Shown here piece by piece: positions 38,432-49,200 of a stretch of DNA of 64,000 nt. Under the pieces are notes generated by a model. It was not told where the DNA came from. It saw nothing but the letters and a program-made list of their open reading frames with translations, and did not search any database. Where the stretch lies: assembly GCA_045544195.1 (NCBI GenBank), contig JAZPYO010000034.1, positions 82,881 through 146,880 on the forward strand, in the 5' to 3' direction. The stretch is from Eubacteriales bacterium. GTDB lineage: Bacteria; Bacillota; Clostridia; Oscillospirales; CAG-272. Each line of letters begins with the position of its first letter. Position 1 is the first letter of the stretch. A program made the position numbers and the translations under genes.

Positions 38432-39358
38432 TTACCCTTTCTTTTCCTTTGCGATATTAATCAGCTTTTTCAATCTGTGTGAAAGCCCCGATTTTGACAC
38501 GGGGGGATTGAGTGTTTTAGAAAGCTCGGCAAGGCTCAGCTCGGGAAACTCTACTCTTGCCTTTGCCGTCCTTTGAAGATCATCGTCGAGATCACGAAGA
38601 ATTCCCATCTGTTCAAGGTATTCTATCGCCTCTATCGCTTCCTTGCTTGCTGCAACTGCTTTTCCGATATTAGCAGTTTCAAAATTTACGACCCTGTTGA
38701 CTTTATTACGGTATTCCTTGAATATTTTCCTGTCCATCATCTTGAATGCTGCATTGTTTGCTCCGATAGTATTCAAAAAGTCAATTATCATTTCGCTGTC
38801 CTTGTAGTATAACACAACTGCAGATCCACGCACAGTCTGACGTGCGGGCAGCTTTATATGCTCAAGCACGGATAAAACATCTTTAGAAAGATTGATGTAC
38901 GGAGTGTATATTTCAAGATGATAAGATGAAGCAGGATCAGAAACAGTACCGGATGCGAGAAAAGCGCCCCTGATAAATGACTTTCTGCAATTTTCACATT
39001 CAAATATATCATGGTTTACGCGGTAACAAGACGGAACTCCCGGTGGATTAAGCTCTTTTAACGGTTTTAACTGACGAGCTGAAACAGCGGTTATCTTATA
39101 GCTTTTATATGGCCTTTTTTCATCATCCGGACTTGTATGCTTTTCTGTTATATACTCGTTTGTTGTTATGCTGTAAAGCTCAGATAAGAGTGATTTATAA
39201 AGCTCTGCTACATTTTCGTTTTCTGTTATCAGCTTCAGCTTATCAGCTTGAAAAATATTAGAAAACATAAGCATTCCCGCAAGCAAAGAACGCTTGCAGC
39301 ATTTTTTTGAAACCTCGAGCGTGGCAAGCTGTGTTTTAGTATCCGAAGAAAATGACAT
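38432..39358 (-). CDS. whiA: DNA-binding sporulation/cell-division regulator WhiA
   Basis: MSFSSDTKTQL... with CCKRSLLAGM, LAGLIDADG-like central repeats and a C-terminal HTH (LSLAELSKTLNPPVSKSGLSHRLKKL). The start could be 4 codons upstream, at 39370. Confidence 0.85.
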   Translation of the reverse strand: MSFSSDTKTQLATLEVSKKCCKRSLLAGMLMFSNIFQADKLKLITENENVAELYKSLLSELYSITTNEYITEKHTSPDDEKRPYKSYKITAVSARQLKPLKELNPPGVPSCYRVNHDIFECENCRKSFIRGAFLASGTVSDPASSYHLEIYTPYINLSKDVLSVLEHIKLPARQTVRGSAVVLYYKDSEMIIDFLNTIGANNAAFKMMDRKIFKEYRNKVNRVVNFETANIGKAVAASKEAIEAIEYLEQMGILRDLDDDLQRTAKARVEFPELSLAELSKTLNPPVSKSGLSHRLKKLINIAKEKKG

Positions 39359-39366
39359 TTGCCACC

Positions 39367-40263
39367 TCATTGAACAAATCGAATTTCACATTCGATCTGT
39401 ATTCCTTCTCTATCCTTTATCGTTTCCTTTATAATACTGATAAGCTTCTGCACATCACTGCAAGTGGCATTGCCTGTGTTAACGATAAATCCTGCGTGTT
39501 TAACGGACACCTGTGCGCCACCGCAGGCAAAGCCCTTAAGACCTGCCTCGTCGATCATTTTTGCGGTATATTTGCCAGGATAACGCTTGAAAGCGGAGCC
39601 TGCGCTCGGATAATTCAAAGGCTGTTTGTCCTTTCTTTTCAGAATTATACCGTTCATTTCACTTTTTATATCTTCCTTTATTCCCTGATGTAAGACAAAT
39701 TCAGCACCGAGTATAACAAGGCCGTTGCTTTGAAAATCTGAATATCTGTAAGAAAAGCCGCATTTGACATTTGAAAGCATGAGTATCTCATCAGTGTTCA
39801 TATCATAGCATTTTACAAATGAGACGACATCCTTTATCTCTCCGTCGTAAGCGCCCGCGTTCATAAAAACAGCGCCGCCTACTGTGCCCGGAATGCCGTA
39901 AGCAAACTGTAGTCCCGCTAAGGAATTGTCGGCGGCTGTATGACAAAGAACGTGCAGAGGGACACCGCATGATGCGTATATTCTGTTATCGTCGGCAGAT
40001 ATATGCTTTACATCCGTGGTGACGATAACGATCCCGTCATAGCCCTCGTCGGAAAAAACAACGTTTGATCCGTTGCCCAATATATAAAATTTAATATTAC
40101 GCTCCTTCAAAACGCGGATCAGCATAACGAGGCTTGATTCGCTATCGGGGAAAACCGCTGTACATTCCCCGCCGATTTTAAAGGTTGTAAGCTGCTTGCA
40201 TGATGTGCCTGTGCAAACTCTTACACCCGGCAGTGATTTTAAAAACTCAATAATATTCTTCAT
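39367..40263 (-). CDS. murB: UDP-N-acetylenolpyruvoylglucosamine reductase
   Basis: FAD-binding block TTFKIGG...ILGNGSNVVF, then GIPGTVGGAVFMNAGAYG-like and SAGSAFK motifs. Confidence 0.9.
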   Translation of the reverse strand: MKNIIEFLKSLPGVRVCTGTSCKQLTTFKIGGECTAVFPDSESSLVMLIRVLKERNIKFYILGNGSNVVFSDEGYDGIVIVTTDVKHISADDNRIYASCGVPLHVLCHTAADNSLAGLQFAYGIPGTVGGAVFMNAGAYDGEIKDVVSFVKCYDMNTDEILMLSNVKCGFSYRYSDFQSNGLVILGAEFVLHQGIKEDIKSEMNGIILKRKDKQPLNYPSAGSAFKRYPGKYTAKMIDEAGLKGFACGGAQVSVKHAGFIVNTGNATCSDVQKLISIIKETIKDREGIQIECEIRFVQ

Positions 40264-40374
40264 AATATCAGTATATTAAAAAAAATCGATTTTGTAAAGT
40301 GTTTTTATAAATTTGTGCAATTTGAACAATGTATATTTATGCAGTGAATAAATATACACCCTATGAATGCAATT

Positions 40375-40426
40375 AAGGGCGTACGCCGTACACGAGTTGC
40401 GTGATAAGGACAGCGTACGCCCTTTT
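40375..40426 (-). terminator. Hairpin downstream of PFOR (weak U-tract)
   Basis: AAGGGCGTACGC...GCGTACGCCCTT is a 12-bp stem with a 26-nt loop, 20 nt after the PFOR stop. Confidence 0.4.
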
Positions 40427-40445
40427 CAAAATCTAAGCTATACTA

Positions 40446-43400
40446 TTATTCGTAAAGCTTTGCCATATTGAGAAGCTTTCTGTACTTCTCCTTAGCCTGT
40501 TTTTCAGCAATTGCGAAGAGTTCCTCTGCTCTTTCGGGGAATGCTCTTACCAAAGAGTTGTAACGAACCTCGGACATAATAAAGTCGCGGTAGGAGAGTG
40601 TAGGCTCCTTGGAGTCAAGCGTGAAGGGCTGTTCCTTTTCGGGATTGAAGCGGAATGTATGCCAGTAGCCTGACTGAACAGCATTCTTCGTTTCCTGCAT
40701 GCTCGTTGCAAGACCCTTCTTAATACCGTGGTTGATACAAGGAGCGTATGCAATAACGAGCGAAGGACCGTTATAAGCCTCAGCCTCAAGTATAGCCTTC
40801 AAGCACTGATTGTAATCAGCGCCCATAGCAACCTGAGCTGTATAAACGTAGCCATACGACATAGCGATCTGAGCAAGATCCTTCTTCTTTGTGTTCTTAC
40901 CGGAAGCGGCAAACTGTGCTACTGAGCCCGTAGGTGTAGACTTCGAAGCCTGACCGCCTGTATTGGAGTAAACCTCTGTATCGAATACGAAGATGTTGAT
41001 ATCCTCGCCCGATGCAATAGCGTGGTCAAGACCGCCAAAGCCGATATCGTAAGCCCAACCGTCACCACCGAATATCCAGATGGATTTCTTAACAAAGAGA
41101 TCCTTCATCGCCAGTGCCTGCTTGCAAAGGTCGCAATCAGGGCAAGCCTTCAATGCTTTTTCAAGCTCAACGGCAGCTATCTTGGAAGCTGTTCCGTCAT
41201 CCTTAGCAACAAGCCAAGCCTTAGAAGCTTCTGCAAGCTCTGCGCAGTCTGAAGAAGCGAGCTTCTCTACTATTTCAGTAAGGAGAGCGCGGCGCTGTCT
41301 TGTAGCGGTTGCCATACCAAGACCGTATTCAGCGTTATCCTCAAACAAGGAGTTAGCCCAAGCGGGACCCTTGCCTTCTTTATTTGTTGTGTAAGGTGTA
41401 GAAGGAGCTGAACCACCCCAGATAGATGAGCATCCTGTTGCGTTAGCAATAAACATTCTGTCACCGAACAGCTGTGTTATGAGCTTTGCGTAAGGTGTTT
41501 CGCCGCAACCGGGGCATGCACCTGAGAACTCAAGCAAAGGCTGCTTGAACTGTGAGCCCTTAACTGTTTCGGGCTTGAATTTTGCAAGAACATCTGCATC
41601 ATCTGTGTACTGATATGCAAGATCGAAATACTTCTGTTTGTCAACCTGTGTGTCAAGGGGCTTCATCGTGAGAGCCTTTGCGCCCTTCTTACCGGGGCAA
41701 ACCTGAGCACAAGAGCCGCAGCCTGTACAGTCAAGTGCCGAAACAACGATCGAGAACTTGTAGCCTGCAAGACCTGTCATAGGAACTGTTGCCATATCGC
41801 CTGTATCAACGCTGTCGGGAATAGCTACAGGACGGATTACAGCATGAGGACAAACATAAGAGCAGAAGTTACACTGAATGCAGTTTTCGAAATTCCATTC
41901 GGGAACATCTACTGCAATACCTCTCTTTTCGAATGCGGCAAGACCCTGAGGGAATGTACCGTCAGCCTCTGAAACGAATGTTGAAACGGGGAGCTCGTCA
42001 CCCTTCTGAGCATTAACGGGTGTAAGGATGTTCTTTTCAAATCTTCCGAGCATATCGCCGTCGTCTGCTGCACATGCACAGCCGTTTGCTTCATCCGCTG
42101 CGTTAGCCCATTCAGCAGGAACATCGATCTTAACGAGATTTGCAATACCGAGATCGATAGCGCTCTGGTTCATCTTAACGATGTCCTCGCCCTTTTTGGA
42201 GAATGACTTTACAACAGCATCCTTCATATAAGTTACAGCTTCTTCTATCGGAATGATATTAGCGAGTTTGAAGAAAGCAGCCTGGAGAACCATACTGAAG
42301 CGGTTGCCAAGACCGAGCTCTCTTGCTATCTTAACACCGTCAACGGTGTAGAAATTAACGTTTTTGTTTGCAAGATCACGCTTAACATTTGCAGGAAGTC
42401 TTTCATTGAGCTCCTCTGCAGTCCAGCCTGTGTTAAGCAGGAACGTACCGCCGTTCTTTACGTCCTTTGTCATATCGTACTTTGTAAGATATGCTACGTT
42501 GTGGCAAGCGACAAAGTCTGCCATTGAAACGTAGTAAGGGCTCTTTATCTGCTTATCACCGAAACGAAGGTGGGATATTGTTACGCCACCGCTCTTTTTG
42601 GAGTCGTATGCGAAATATGCCTGAACCTTCTTATCAGTGTGGTCGCCGATGATCTTGATGGAGTTCTTGTTTGCGCCGACTGTACCGTCAGCACCGATAC
42701 CCCAGAATTTGCAGCAGATCGTGCCTTCGGGAACTGTATCGGGGTTTTCGCAATCCTCGAGAGAAAGACCTGTTACATCGTCCTTAATGCTGATCGTGAA
42801 GTGATTCTTGGGCTGAGAAGCATCAAGGTTTCTGTAAACGGAAATAATGTTCGCGGGAGTTGTATCCTTGGAACCGAGACCGTAGCGTCCGCCGATGAGA
42901 ACATCAACCTTAACGCCCTCCTGCTCTAAAGCTGAGCAAACATCAAGATACAAGGGCTCACCGATAGCACCGGGTTCCTTTGTTCTGTCCATAACTGCGA
43001 TCTTCTTTGCAGTAGCGGGGATAGCTGCAACAAAATGCTTTGTTGAGAAGGGTCTGTAAAGACGAACCTTTATCAAACCGACCTTCTCGCCCTTAGCTGT
43101 GAGGTAATCGATAGTTTCTTCGATCGTGTCACAAGCAGAGCCCATAGCAACGATGACCTTTTCAGCATCGGGAGCACCGTAGTAATTGAACAGCTTATAA
43201 TCTGTACCGATCTTAGCGTTTACCTTATTCATATACTCCTCAACGATCGCGGGAGTGTTGTTGTAATATGGGTTAGATGCTTCTCTTGCCTGGAAGAAGA
43301 TATCAGGGTTCTGTGCAGTACCTCTCAAAACGGGGTGATCGGGGTTAAGGGAGCGTGCCTTATATTCAGCAACTGCGTCCATATCGACCATTTCCTTGAG

Positions 43401-43970
43401 ATCCTCATAATCCCACTGCTCAACCTTCTGAATTTCGTGGCTCGTTCTGAAGCCGTCGAAGAAATGAAGGAAAGGAACGCGAGATTTGATAGTAGAAAGG
43501 TGTGCAACTGCACCGAGGTCCATAACCTCCTGTACGTTGTTAGCGCAAAGCATTGCAAAGCCTGTCTGTCTGCACGCCATAACGTCTGAATGGTCGCCGA
43601 AGATAGAAAGTGCATGTGATGCAACCGCACGCGCGGAAACGTGGATAACGCAAGGCAAAAGCTCGCCTGCGATCTTATACATGTTAGGGATCATGAGAAG
43701 AAGTCCCTGAGAAGCTGTGTAGGTAGTCGTAAGTGCGCCTGCCTGCAAGGAACCGTGAACAGCACCTGCTGCACCCGCCTCACTCTGCATTTCAACCACT
43801 TTTACCTGCTGACCGAAAATGTTCTTTTGACCTTTGGCACTCCACTGGTCTGTAACCTCAGCCATAACGGAAGAAGGTGTGATAGGATAAATACACGCTA
43901 CTTCTGTGAAGGCATAAGAAACATGAGCCGCAGCATTGTTACCGTCCATGGTCTTCATTTTTCTTGCCAT
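40446..43970 (-). CDS. nifJ: Pyruvate:ferredoxin (flavodoxin) oxidoreductase, single-polypeptide NifJ/PFOR type
   Basis: ~1174 aa with N-terminal MDGNNAAAHVSYAFTEV, two ferredoxin-type motifs (CIQCNFCSYVCPH, CTGCGSCAQVCP) and a TPP-binding GGDGWAYDIGFGGLDH block. I chose the start at MARKMKTMDG. Confidence 0.93.
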   Translation of the reverse strand: MARKMKTMDGNNAAAHVSYAFTEVACIYPITPSSVMAEVTDQWSAKGQKNIFGQQVKVVEMQSEAGAAGAVHGSLQAGALTTTYTASQGLLLMIPNMYKIAGELLPCVIHVSARAVASHALSIFGDHSDVMACRQTGFAMLCANNVQEVMDLGAVAHLSTIKSRVPFLHFFDGFRTSHEIQKVEQWDYEDLKEMVDMDAVAEYKARSLNPDHPVLRGTAQNPDIFFQAREASNPYYNNTPAIVEEYMNKVNAKIGTDYKLFNYYGAPDAEKVIVAMGSACDTIEETIDYLTAKGEKVGLIKVRLYRPFSTKHFVAAIPATAKKIAVMDRTKEPGAIGEPLYLDVCSALEQEGVKVDVLIGGRYGLGSKDTTPANIISVYRNLDASQPKNHFTISIKDDVTGLSLEDCENPDTVPEGTICCKFWGIGADGTVGANKNSIKIIGDHTDKKVQAYFAYDSKKSGGVTISHLRFGDKQIKSPYYVSMADFVACHNVAYLTKYDMTKDVKNGGTFLLNTGWTAEELNERLPANVKRDLANKNVNFYTVDGVKIARELGLGNRFSMVLQAAFFKLANIIPIEEAVTYMKDAVVKSFSKKGEDIVKMNQSAIDLGIANLVKIDVPAEWANAADEANGCACAADDGDMLGRFEKNILTPVNAQKGDELPVSTFVSEADGTFPQGLAAFEKRGIAVDVPEWNFENCIQCNFCSYVCPHAVIRPVAIPDSVDTGDMATVPMTGLAGYKFSIVVSALDCTGCGSCAQVCPGKKGAKALTMKPLDTQVDKQKYFDLAYQYTDDADVLAKFKPETVKGSQFKQPLLEFSGACPGCGETPYAKLITQLFGDRMFIANATGCSSIWGGSAPSTPYTTNKEGKGPAWANSLFEDNAEYGLGMATATRQRRALLTEIVEKLASSDCAELAEASKAWLVAKDDGTASKIAAVELEKALKACPDCDLCKQALAMKDLFVKKSIWIFGGDGWAYDIGFGGLDHAIASGEDINIFVFDTEVYSNTGGQASKSTPTGSVAQFAASGKNTKKKDLAQIAMSYGYVYTAQVAMGADYNQCLKAILEAEAYNGPSLVIAYAPCINHGIKKGLATSMQETKNAVQSGYWHTFRFNPEKEQPFTLDSKEPTLSYRDFIMSEVRYNSLVRAFPERAEELFAIAEKQAKEKYRKLLNMAKLYE

Positions 43971-44089
43971 AACTTTGTCCTCCAAAATTTATATTTACAT
44001 TAACAATCAATATATCACATAATATTGCCCAATTATTAAAATTAAGTGTTATATTTTCGTTAATTTTTATATTTAAACCGATTTTTCGG

Positions 44090-44743
44090 TTATTTTGCCG
44101 CTTGCGATATTTTATCCATATTTTCTTTAGGGCCGATAACAATGATTTTATCATCAGGCTTAAAGGGGATATTGGGGTCAATACTTACCGTAAGGTCGCC
44201 CTTCCCGCTTCGCAGTGCGACGATGCTTACGCCGTAGCGCTGACGTACATTAAGCTCTATTGCGGATTTTCCTATCCAGGATTTAGGCATTTCAAATTCT
44301 GTTATAGAGTGCTTACTGTCAAGCTCGATAAACTCAAGCACATTGTTCTTTGCCAATCTGTACGCAACCTTTTCGCCCATATCGTTTTCGGGCAGTATCA
44401 CAACGTCGGCGCCGATCTTTTCAAGTACCTTTTTGTGAAGCTCATTAGAAGCTCTTACAACTATTTTCGGTACTCCCTTCTCTTTAAGAAGAAGCGTTGT
44501 CAGCACGCTTGCATTGATGTTGTTTGAAAAGCATACAACAACACAGTCATAGTTTGAAATTCCGATACCGTTGAGGAATTCTTCTTTTGTTGCATCGCCG
44601 ACAAGACCGTCTATATATTCGTCTACCTCATCGATTCGGTCTGCCGAGGTATCTACTGCCAAAACATTCTTTCCGTATTCATTTAATTTTAAGGCGAGCG
44701 TTTTGCCAAATCTTCCGAGACCTATAATACAGTAATGATTCAT
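44090..44743 (-). CDS. ktrA: K+ uptake system NAD-binding peripheral subunit (TrkA/KtrA, RCK domain)
   Basis: 217 aa with a Rossmann GLGRFG motif and a C-terminal RCK_C-type domain. It lies directly downstream of the TrkH/KtrB gene. Confidence 0.8.
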   Translation of the reverse strand: MNHYCIIGLGRFGKTLALKLNEYGKNVLAVDTSADRIDEVDEYIDGLVGDATKEEFLNGIGISNYDCVVVCFSNNINASVLTTLLLKEKGVPKIVVRASNELHKKVLEKIGADVVILPENDMGEKVAYRLAKNNVLEFIELDSKHSITEFEMPKSWIGKSAIELNVRQRYGVSIVALRSGKGDLTVSIDPNIPFKPDDKIIVIGPKENMDKISQAAK

Positions 44744-44770
44744 TTTATTATTCCTTTCATATATTTGAGA

Positions 44771-46162
44771 TCAACCGATCAGCATCTGTGCTTCCGTATA
44801 TCCTACGATGTGCTTTTCTGAATTAAGCCGTGCGGACAGTGCGTAGGTTATTGTAAGAACACCTACTCTGCCGAAGAACATAAGCACCATAAGCATCAGC
44901 TTGAGGGCAGGTGCAAGAGAATACGTTCCAATATTCGAAAGACCGACCGTAGCAATAGCAGAAACCGTTTCGTACAAGCAGTCGATAAAATCTAATCCCG
45001 TTGTTAATTCGACTGCGATAGCAGCGGAAAACGCAAAAAATGATGCAATAGCTGTTATAGTCAATGCTCTGAAAACATTCGCATGGGATATTTTACGTCT
45101 GAAAAGTATCAGATCTGTCTTACCTATGGCAGTACTGTATACCGTATACAAAAGAATGCCGAATGTCGAAACCTTGATGCCGCCCGCGGTCGAGCCTGAT
45201 GCCCCGCCGACAAACATAAGCATAATGCATACGATCTTTGTAAAATCACGCATATTTCCGTTACCCAACGCATCAAAACCTGCAGTACGCGTGGTAAATG
45301 ATTGAAATATTGAGTTGACCGCCTTATCGATGATCGACATATTACCGATCGTATCGGGATTTGAATATTCCCCAACAAAGATCAAAAATGATCCGGCGCA
45401 CAACAACACTGCTGTTGTTATCAGCACAAATCTTGTGTAAACCGAAAGACGCGTGCGTTTATTGATCGCAAAATCTATCAATTCATCCCATACGATAAAT
45501 CCGATACCGCCGATAAAAATAAGTGTTGCAAAAATTAAAAGAACATATGGGTCGCCGTTGAACATTGCAACGCTAGAATATTCGCCGCCGTGATTGCCGA
45601 GCAGGTCAAATCCCGCATTGCAGAATGCCGAGATCGAGTGGAAAAAGCTGAACCAAATTCCCTCTGAAACGCCGAATTCGGGTATAAATCTTATCATAAG
45701 CAGACAAGCTCCAAGCGTTTCCGTTATCAGCGTTCCGAACAACAGGCGTTTGACGAGCCTTCCGATTCCCGTCATTGATGACAGATTGAGCGACTGTGCT
45801 ATAAGAGTATTTTGCGACGGAGACATTCGCTTACGCACGACAAGTGAGAATATAACGGTCATAGTCATAAAGCCAAGACCGCCTATCTGTATCATTACGA
45901 GTATTACAGCACAGCCGAAGGTACTCCAGGTCGTTGCAGTATCGCATGCGACAAGTCCTGTAACGCACGTTGCGCTGACTGCGGTAAAATATGAATTGAT
46001 CACCTCGTCAAACGAAAATGAATAAGTGTCATTTCGTGATACGGGCAAAAGCAACAACGTTCCGCCTATTAAAATGATCGTCAAAAAGCCCACTATCAGT
46101 ATTTTTGCAGGACTTAATCTTTTTTTGCTGTGTGGAAGATTTTTATTTCTGATTTTTATCAT
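44771..46162 (-). CDS. ktrB: K+ transporter membrane subunit (TrkH/KtrB family)
   Basis: 463-aa polytopic membrane protein. Repeated pore-loop-like motifs (TATCVTGL, FCNAGFDL, TRTAGF, IATVGLS) are characteristic of the Trk/Ktr/HKT family. Confidence 0.8.
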   Translation of the reverse strand: MIKIRNKNLPHSKKRLSPAKILIVGFLTIILIGGTLLLLPVSRNDTYSFSFDEVINSYFTAVSATCVTGLVACDTATTWSTFGCAVILVMIQIGGLGFMTMTVIFSLVVRKRMSPSQNTLIAQSLNLSSMTGIGRLVKRLLFGTLITETLGACLLMIRFIPEFGVSEGIWFSFFHSISAFCNAGFDLLGNHGGEYSSVAMFNGDPYVLLIFATLIFIGGIGFIVWDELIDFAINKRTRLSVYTRFVLITTAVLLCAGSFLIFVGEYSNPDTIGNMSIIDKAVNSIFQSFTTRTAGFDALGNGNMRDFTKIVCIMLMFVGGASGSTAGGIKVSTFGILLYTVYSTAIGKTDLILFRRKISHANVFRALTITAIASFFAFSAAIAVELTTGLDFIDCLYETVSAIATVGLSNIGTYSLAPALKLMLMVLMFFGRVGVLTITYALSARLNSEKHIVGYTEAQMLIG

Positions 46163-46187
46163 CTGCCTTTGCTAAAATATTACAAAT

Positions 46188-46216
46188 AGTATAACACTGA
46201 AATATGAAAAAGTCAA
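46188..46216 (-). promoter_or_regulatory. Probable SigA promoter of ktrB-ktrA
   Basis: On the minus strand: TTGACT (46216-46211), a 17-nt spacer, then TATACT (46193-46188). Confidence 0.55.
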
Positions 46217-46225
46217 CATAGGTAT

Positions 46226-49200
46226 TTACAGATCAACACTTATTTCTCTGCCAAGACTGAAAGAGTACAAGGATGCATTTCTTACAGTCCTTTTTGTTAT
46301 ACGCTCAAGCGCTATCTTATAATACTCAAGCTGTGTTCTGTGCCTGTTGATAAAAGATCTGATCGATGCTTGATCGTTTGATATACGGTCAGTTTTGTAA
46401 TCAACGAGTGTCAGCGTTCCGTCATCATTTTCAAAAAACAGATCAACAACACCTTGAACGAGCAATCTTTCGTCGGCATACGCACTTGAATCCGTATTGC
46501 TTGTAAACAGCGATGCATCAAGATATATATTGAAGCGGTATTCTCTGTAAAAGAACTTACCGTTTGCCTTACAGAACGATGCTTTTTTGAAAAGCTCCGA
46601 GGAAAAGAATTCGTCAAGAGCGGAAAAATCAATATCGTTATAAGCGCTTTGCGGAATGAAGCTGTGTTCCACAAGCCTTGATGCTTCCTGCATTACTCCG
46701 TTTTTAATGACAAGATCAAAATCACAGAATTGCATAAACAGATGCGTTGCAATTCCCTTTTGAGCGGCATCGTTTGCGCGCTTTATTTCGTAAGGATCCT
46801 CAAATACGATCGGTATTTCTCTATCCGCTGATGCCTCGCATTCACGGTCGAGCATATCAGGATATAAGCGTGAAACGGAAACCTTTTTGGGCAATGTCGT
46901 GTGAAGTGCATAAGGATATTCAAACGAAAGATTTTCTTTTATTCTTTCGTAAAATCCGTTAATGTTGCTTACATTTGACTCTTCAACAACGGCTTCTGTA
47001 TCTGTCTGAATGCCTGCACTCTGACCGTTTATCACCTGCATAATATAGCTTTTCCCCTCTGACTCTCCGTATAATGACCTTAAGATCATCTGGATATAAG
47101 AGCTTGAGGAATACAGATCGTACGGCGTCATTTTATTGGGAGCAAACGAGCCGTCAAGCAGCTTTTCTGCTGATTTTGTATTGCACGTTATATACAGTCT
47201 GTGCCTTGCTCTCGTCATTGCAACGTAGAGCAGCCGCCCCTCTTCTTCTACCGTTTTTCTGTGTTGCTGCTGTGCTACGCATTCATACATCGGCGTTTTA
47301 TACATTGCAAAGCCTGATTCATCTCTTATCTTAACGCAAAAGCCGTATTTCTTATCATACTTATAGAAATCCCCCCTGCCTGATTCGAGTTTTCCCGACG
47401 CGTTGCAAACAAAGCACACGGGAAATTCAAGTCCCTTTGACTTGTGTATCGTCATTATTTTGACGCTCGTGTCATAATCGTTTTCTGCCTTTACTGTTTC
47501 GAGCTTTGTTTTCTTTTCTATCAATTCGTTGATGTAATTGATAAAGTTGTAAAGACCCTTGAATGCACCCGCTTCGAATTTTCTTGCAAATTCGTAAAAG
47601 GTCATAAGATTTGCCCTTCGTGCATTTACTTCCGACCTTTCTCCGAGATCATATACAGATGCAAAAATACCGGTATCATTAAATAAGTACCATACCAGCT
47701 TGTCAGTCTGCATACTTTGTGCTTTTCTCCTGTACAGCTCGAGCTTTTCAATAAATCTTTTTACTTTTGGGCATTGTGTCTGTTCTGCGTACAAAAGAAG
47801 CGAATCGTAAAGCGGCATATCGCCGCAGTTTTTACGGATATTTATCATTTCATCAAGCGTAAATTTGTAAAGGGGGCTTTGCATAAGGCCTGCAAGCTGA
47901 ATATCCCTCATAGGATTGTCTATCGCTGATAAAAGACAAACAGCCAAAAGGACCTCGCTCGATTCAAAGAAGCTCTTTTCAGCTCCGTTGTAAACGGGTA
48001 TTCCTCGCTTTTTCAATTCGTTTTCGTAAATAGAAGCATTCTTCTTTACGCTGCGGAAAAGTATTGCAAAATCACCCGGAGTATAATTTTCACCGTTTTC
48101 GTTTTTTTCATTGTCTATAAGATGCTTTATAGTATCTGCAACATATTTTGCTTCTTCCTCATCGCCTGACTGATCTTCGCTGTATTCTATCAACGACAGA
48201 TTTACCTTTTCCGCTTTGCAAGGTGCTTTTGAAAACACGAGCGCGTCCGCTTCTGTGTATGGAACAGATGGACTTTGAGCAAAAACTGACGAAAATATCA
48301 GATTTGAAAAGTCAATTATATTTTCCGAGCATCTGAAATTGTTTGACAGAAATATCGCTTTGCCGCATTGTCCGTCAGAGCCGAATTTCGTTCTGTATTC
48401 AGAAAACAGATCGGGCTCTGCCCCTCTGAAGCTGTATATCGACTGCTTTATGTCGCCCACCATAAATCTGTTACCGTCAGCCAAGGCTGCGAATATCATA
48501 TCCTGAAGGCTGTTGCAATCCTGATACTCATCGACGTATATCTCACTGTACTTATTCTTTAATGACATTGCAAGCTCTGACGGAGCGTTTTTGTTATACA
48601 AAAGCCTGTATGTATATCTTTCAAGGTCATTATAATCCATTATCTTACGCTTGATCTTTTCACGCTCGAATTCGTGATCAAAGTATTCGATCAGATTATA
48701 CAGGCAGTAGAACATGTCGCCGCCTTTTTTAGCAACGTCCGAAAGCGTACTGTCTGTAAAATCGTCAAATATTTTCAGCTTTTCGATGTCCTTTTTAAGC
48801 CTTGTACGCAGCTTTTTTGTCGGTTCCTTCCAATCGTATTCGCCCGTTGCTCTGCCCAAAGAAGCAAAGCTGTGCTTACAAAGTATTTTAAGGGCGTTTT
48901 CGTACTCGCAAGATCTGATCGAGGACTGAACGCTTTCAAGCATCGAAAGGTCGTCGCAAAGCGCAGGATAGTATTTTTTGAAAAACATCTCATCGCTTGA
49001 ATTTTCAGCAATGAATGACGAGAACCTCAAGGCGTAGTGGTCGGAAAGCTCGGTGATCATTTCAGAAAACACCTCACTGTACGGACTTGCGAAAAATCCG
49101 TTTTCAGCAACATTATAAAAGTTTTCTGCAGTCTTACGTATGATCTCAGCACCTTGTGCAGAGCTGCAGATCTTATTAAAAACGGATATAAGTATGTCAT

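Noticed and set aside
46163-46225. A c-di-AMP (ydaO/kimA-type) riboswitch upstream of the K+ transporter genes
   Set aside because: The intergenic region is only 63 nt and a promoter (TTGACT-17-TATACT) fills it. That is too short for the ~120-nt riboswitch, and no conserved ACGGGG/CCCG-type cores are seen.
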